A stretch of DNA of 64,000 bases from a virus. Shown here piece by piece: positions 63,627 to 64,000 of the stretch. The DNA lies in the IMG/VR virus record IMGVR_UViG_3300044993_000080, positions 20,417 to 84,416 of that record; one strand, given 5' to 3'. The first letter of the stretch is position 1; each line of letters starts with the position of its first letter. The notes below the pieces were generated by a model. That model was not told the DNA's origin. It saw only the letters and a list, made by a program, of their open reading frames with translations, and ran no database searches. The position numbers and the translations under genes were made by a program.

Positions 63627-64000
63627 CTACGGCTGAACGTCCATCAGGATCAGTTCATCCAGATTGGTTATGAACATGAACACGCGGTTCACGCCCGTCA
63701 GGCTGCGCCGAAGAACAAGTGCTCCGTTGCCATTGAGGCCTACCCATCCGTGCTCATTTCCGCTGTAGCGTGGCTTCCATGAAGTCCCTTTGATCTTGGC
63801 TGTCTCAAGCAACGTCTCCGGCACGAACCGCTCAAACCTGCGAACCGCAATGGTGTCGCCTACCAGAACCGTCGCCGGGTTCACCGTGACAATGAAGTCC
63901 GGGTCGCGCTGCCACTGCATCAGCCAATCGACCAGCGGCTTGAACCGCAAGCCGGTCTGGATGCTTTCGCGCCACAGCTTGTTTCCGGGGATGCCGGTCA
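63627..64000 (-). CDS. C-terminal part of a hypothetical protein
   Basis: Frame stays open to the window end. Confidence 0.5.
   Translation of the reverse strand, partial: TGIPGNKLWRESIQTGLRFKPLVDWLMQWQRDPDFIVTVNPATVLVGDTIAVRRFERFVPETLLETAKIKGTSWKPRYSGNEHGWVGLNGNGALVLRRSLTGVNRVFMFITNLDELILMDVQP

Overview
A 64 kb stretch of a GC-rich tailed dsDNA phage genome, almost entirely encoded on the minus strand. The host is probably an alphaproteobacterium, judging by a permuted two-piece tmRNA and apparent depletion of GANTC sites. Read in transcription order (right to left) it contains: a lysis cassette (holin-like, GH24 endolysin, two spanins); a Ycf46-like AAA / DUF1257 / DUF2997 module; a replication and recombination block (initiator with internal iterons, degenerate loader, DnaB, UDG-fused Pol A, primase, SSB, intein-containing SF2 helicase, RecA, resolvases, Cas4-like nuclease, ATP ligase); a methyltransferase plus three ParB-like genes and a PAPS-reductase-like gene beside the terminase; about 24 kb of small accessory genes; and the head genes (portal, gpF-like, XkdF-like protease, scaffold). 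No integrase is visible. The most unusual signals are regulatory. (1) About 20 related sigma70-type promoter cassettes produce mRNAs that begin with a shared (G/A)UCGA(G/A)AGG leader. (2) A predicted stand-alone ~115-nt sRNA, and a second hairpin, display the complement of that leader in their loops, suggesting an antisense regulon. (3) The palindrome TGCAAC-NN-GTTGCA occurs about 30 times across the window. (4) Many unrelated proteins share Pro/Arg-rich terminal peptides. All counts were made by eye and need computational confirmation.
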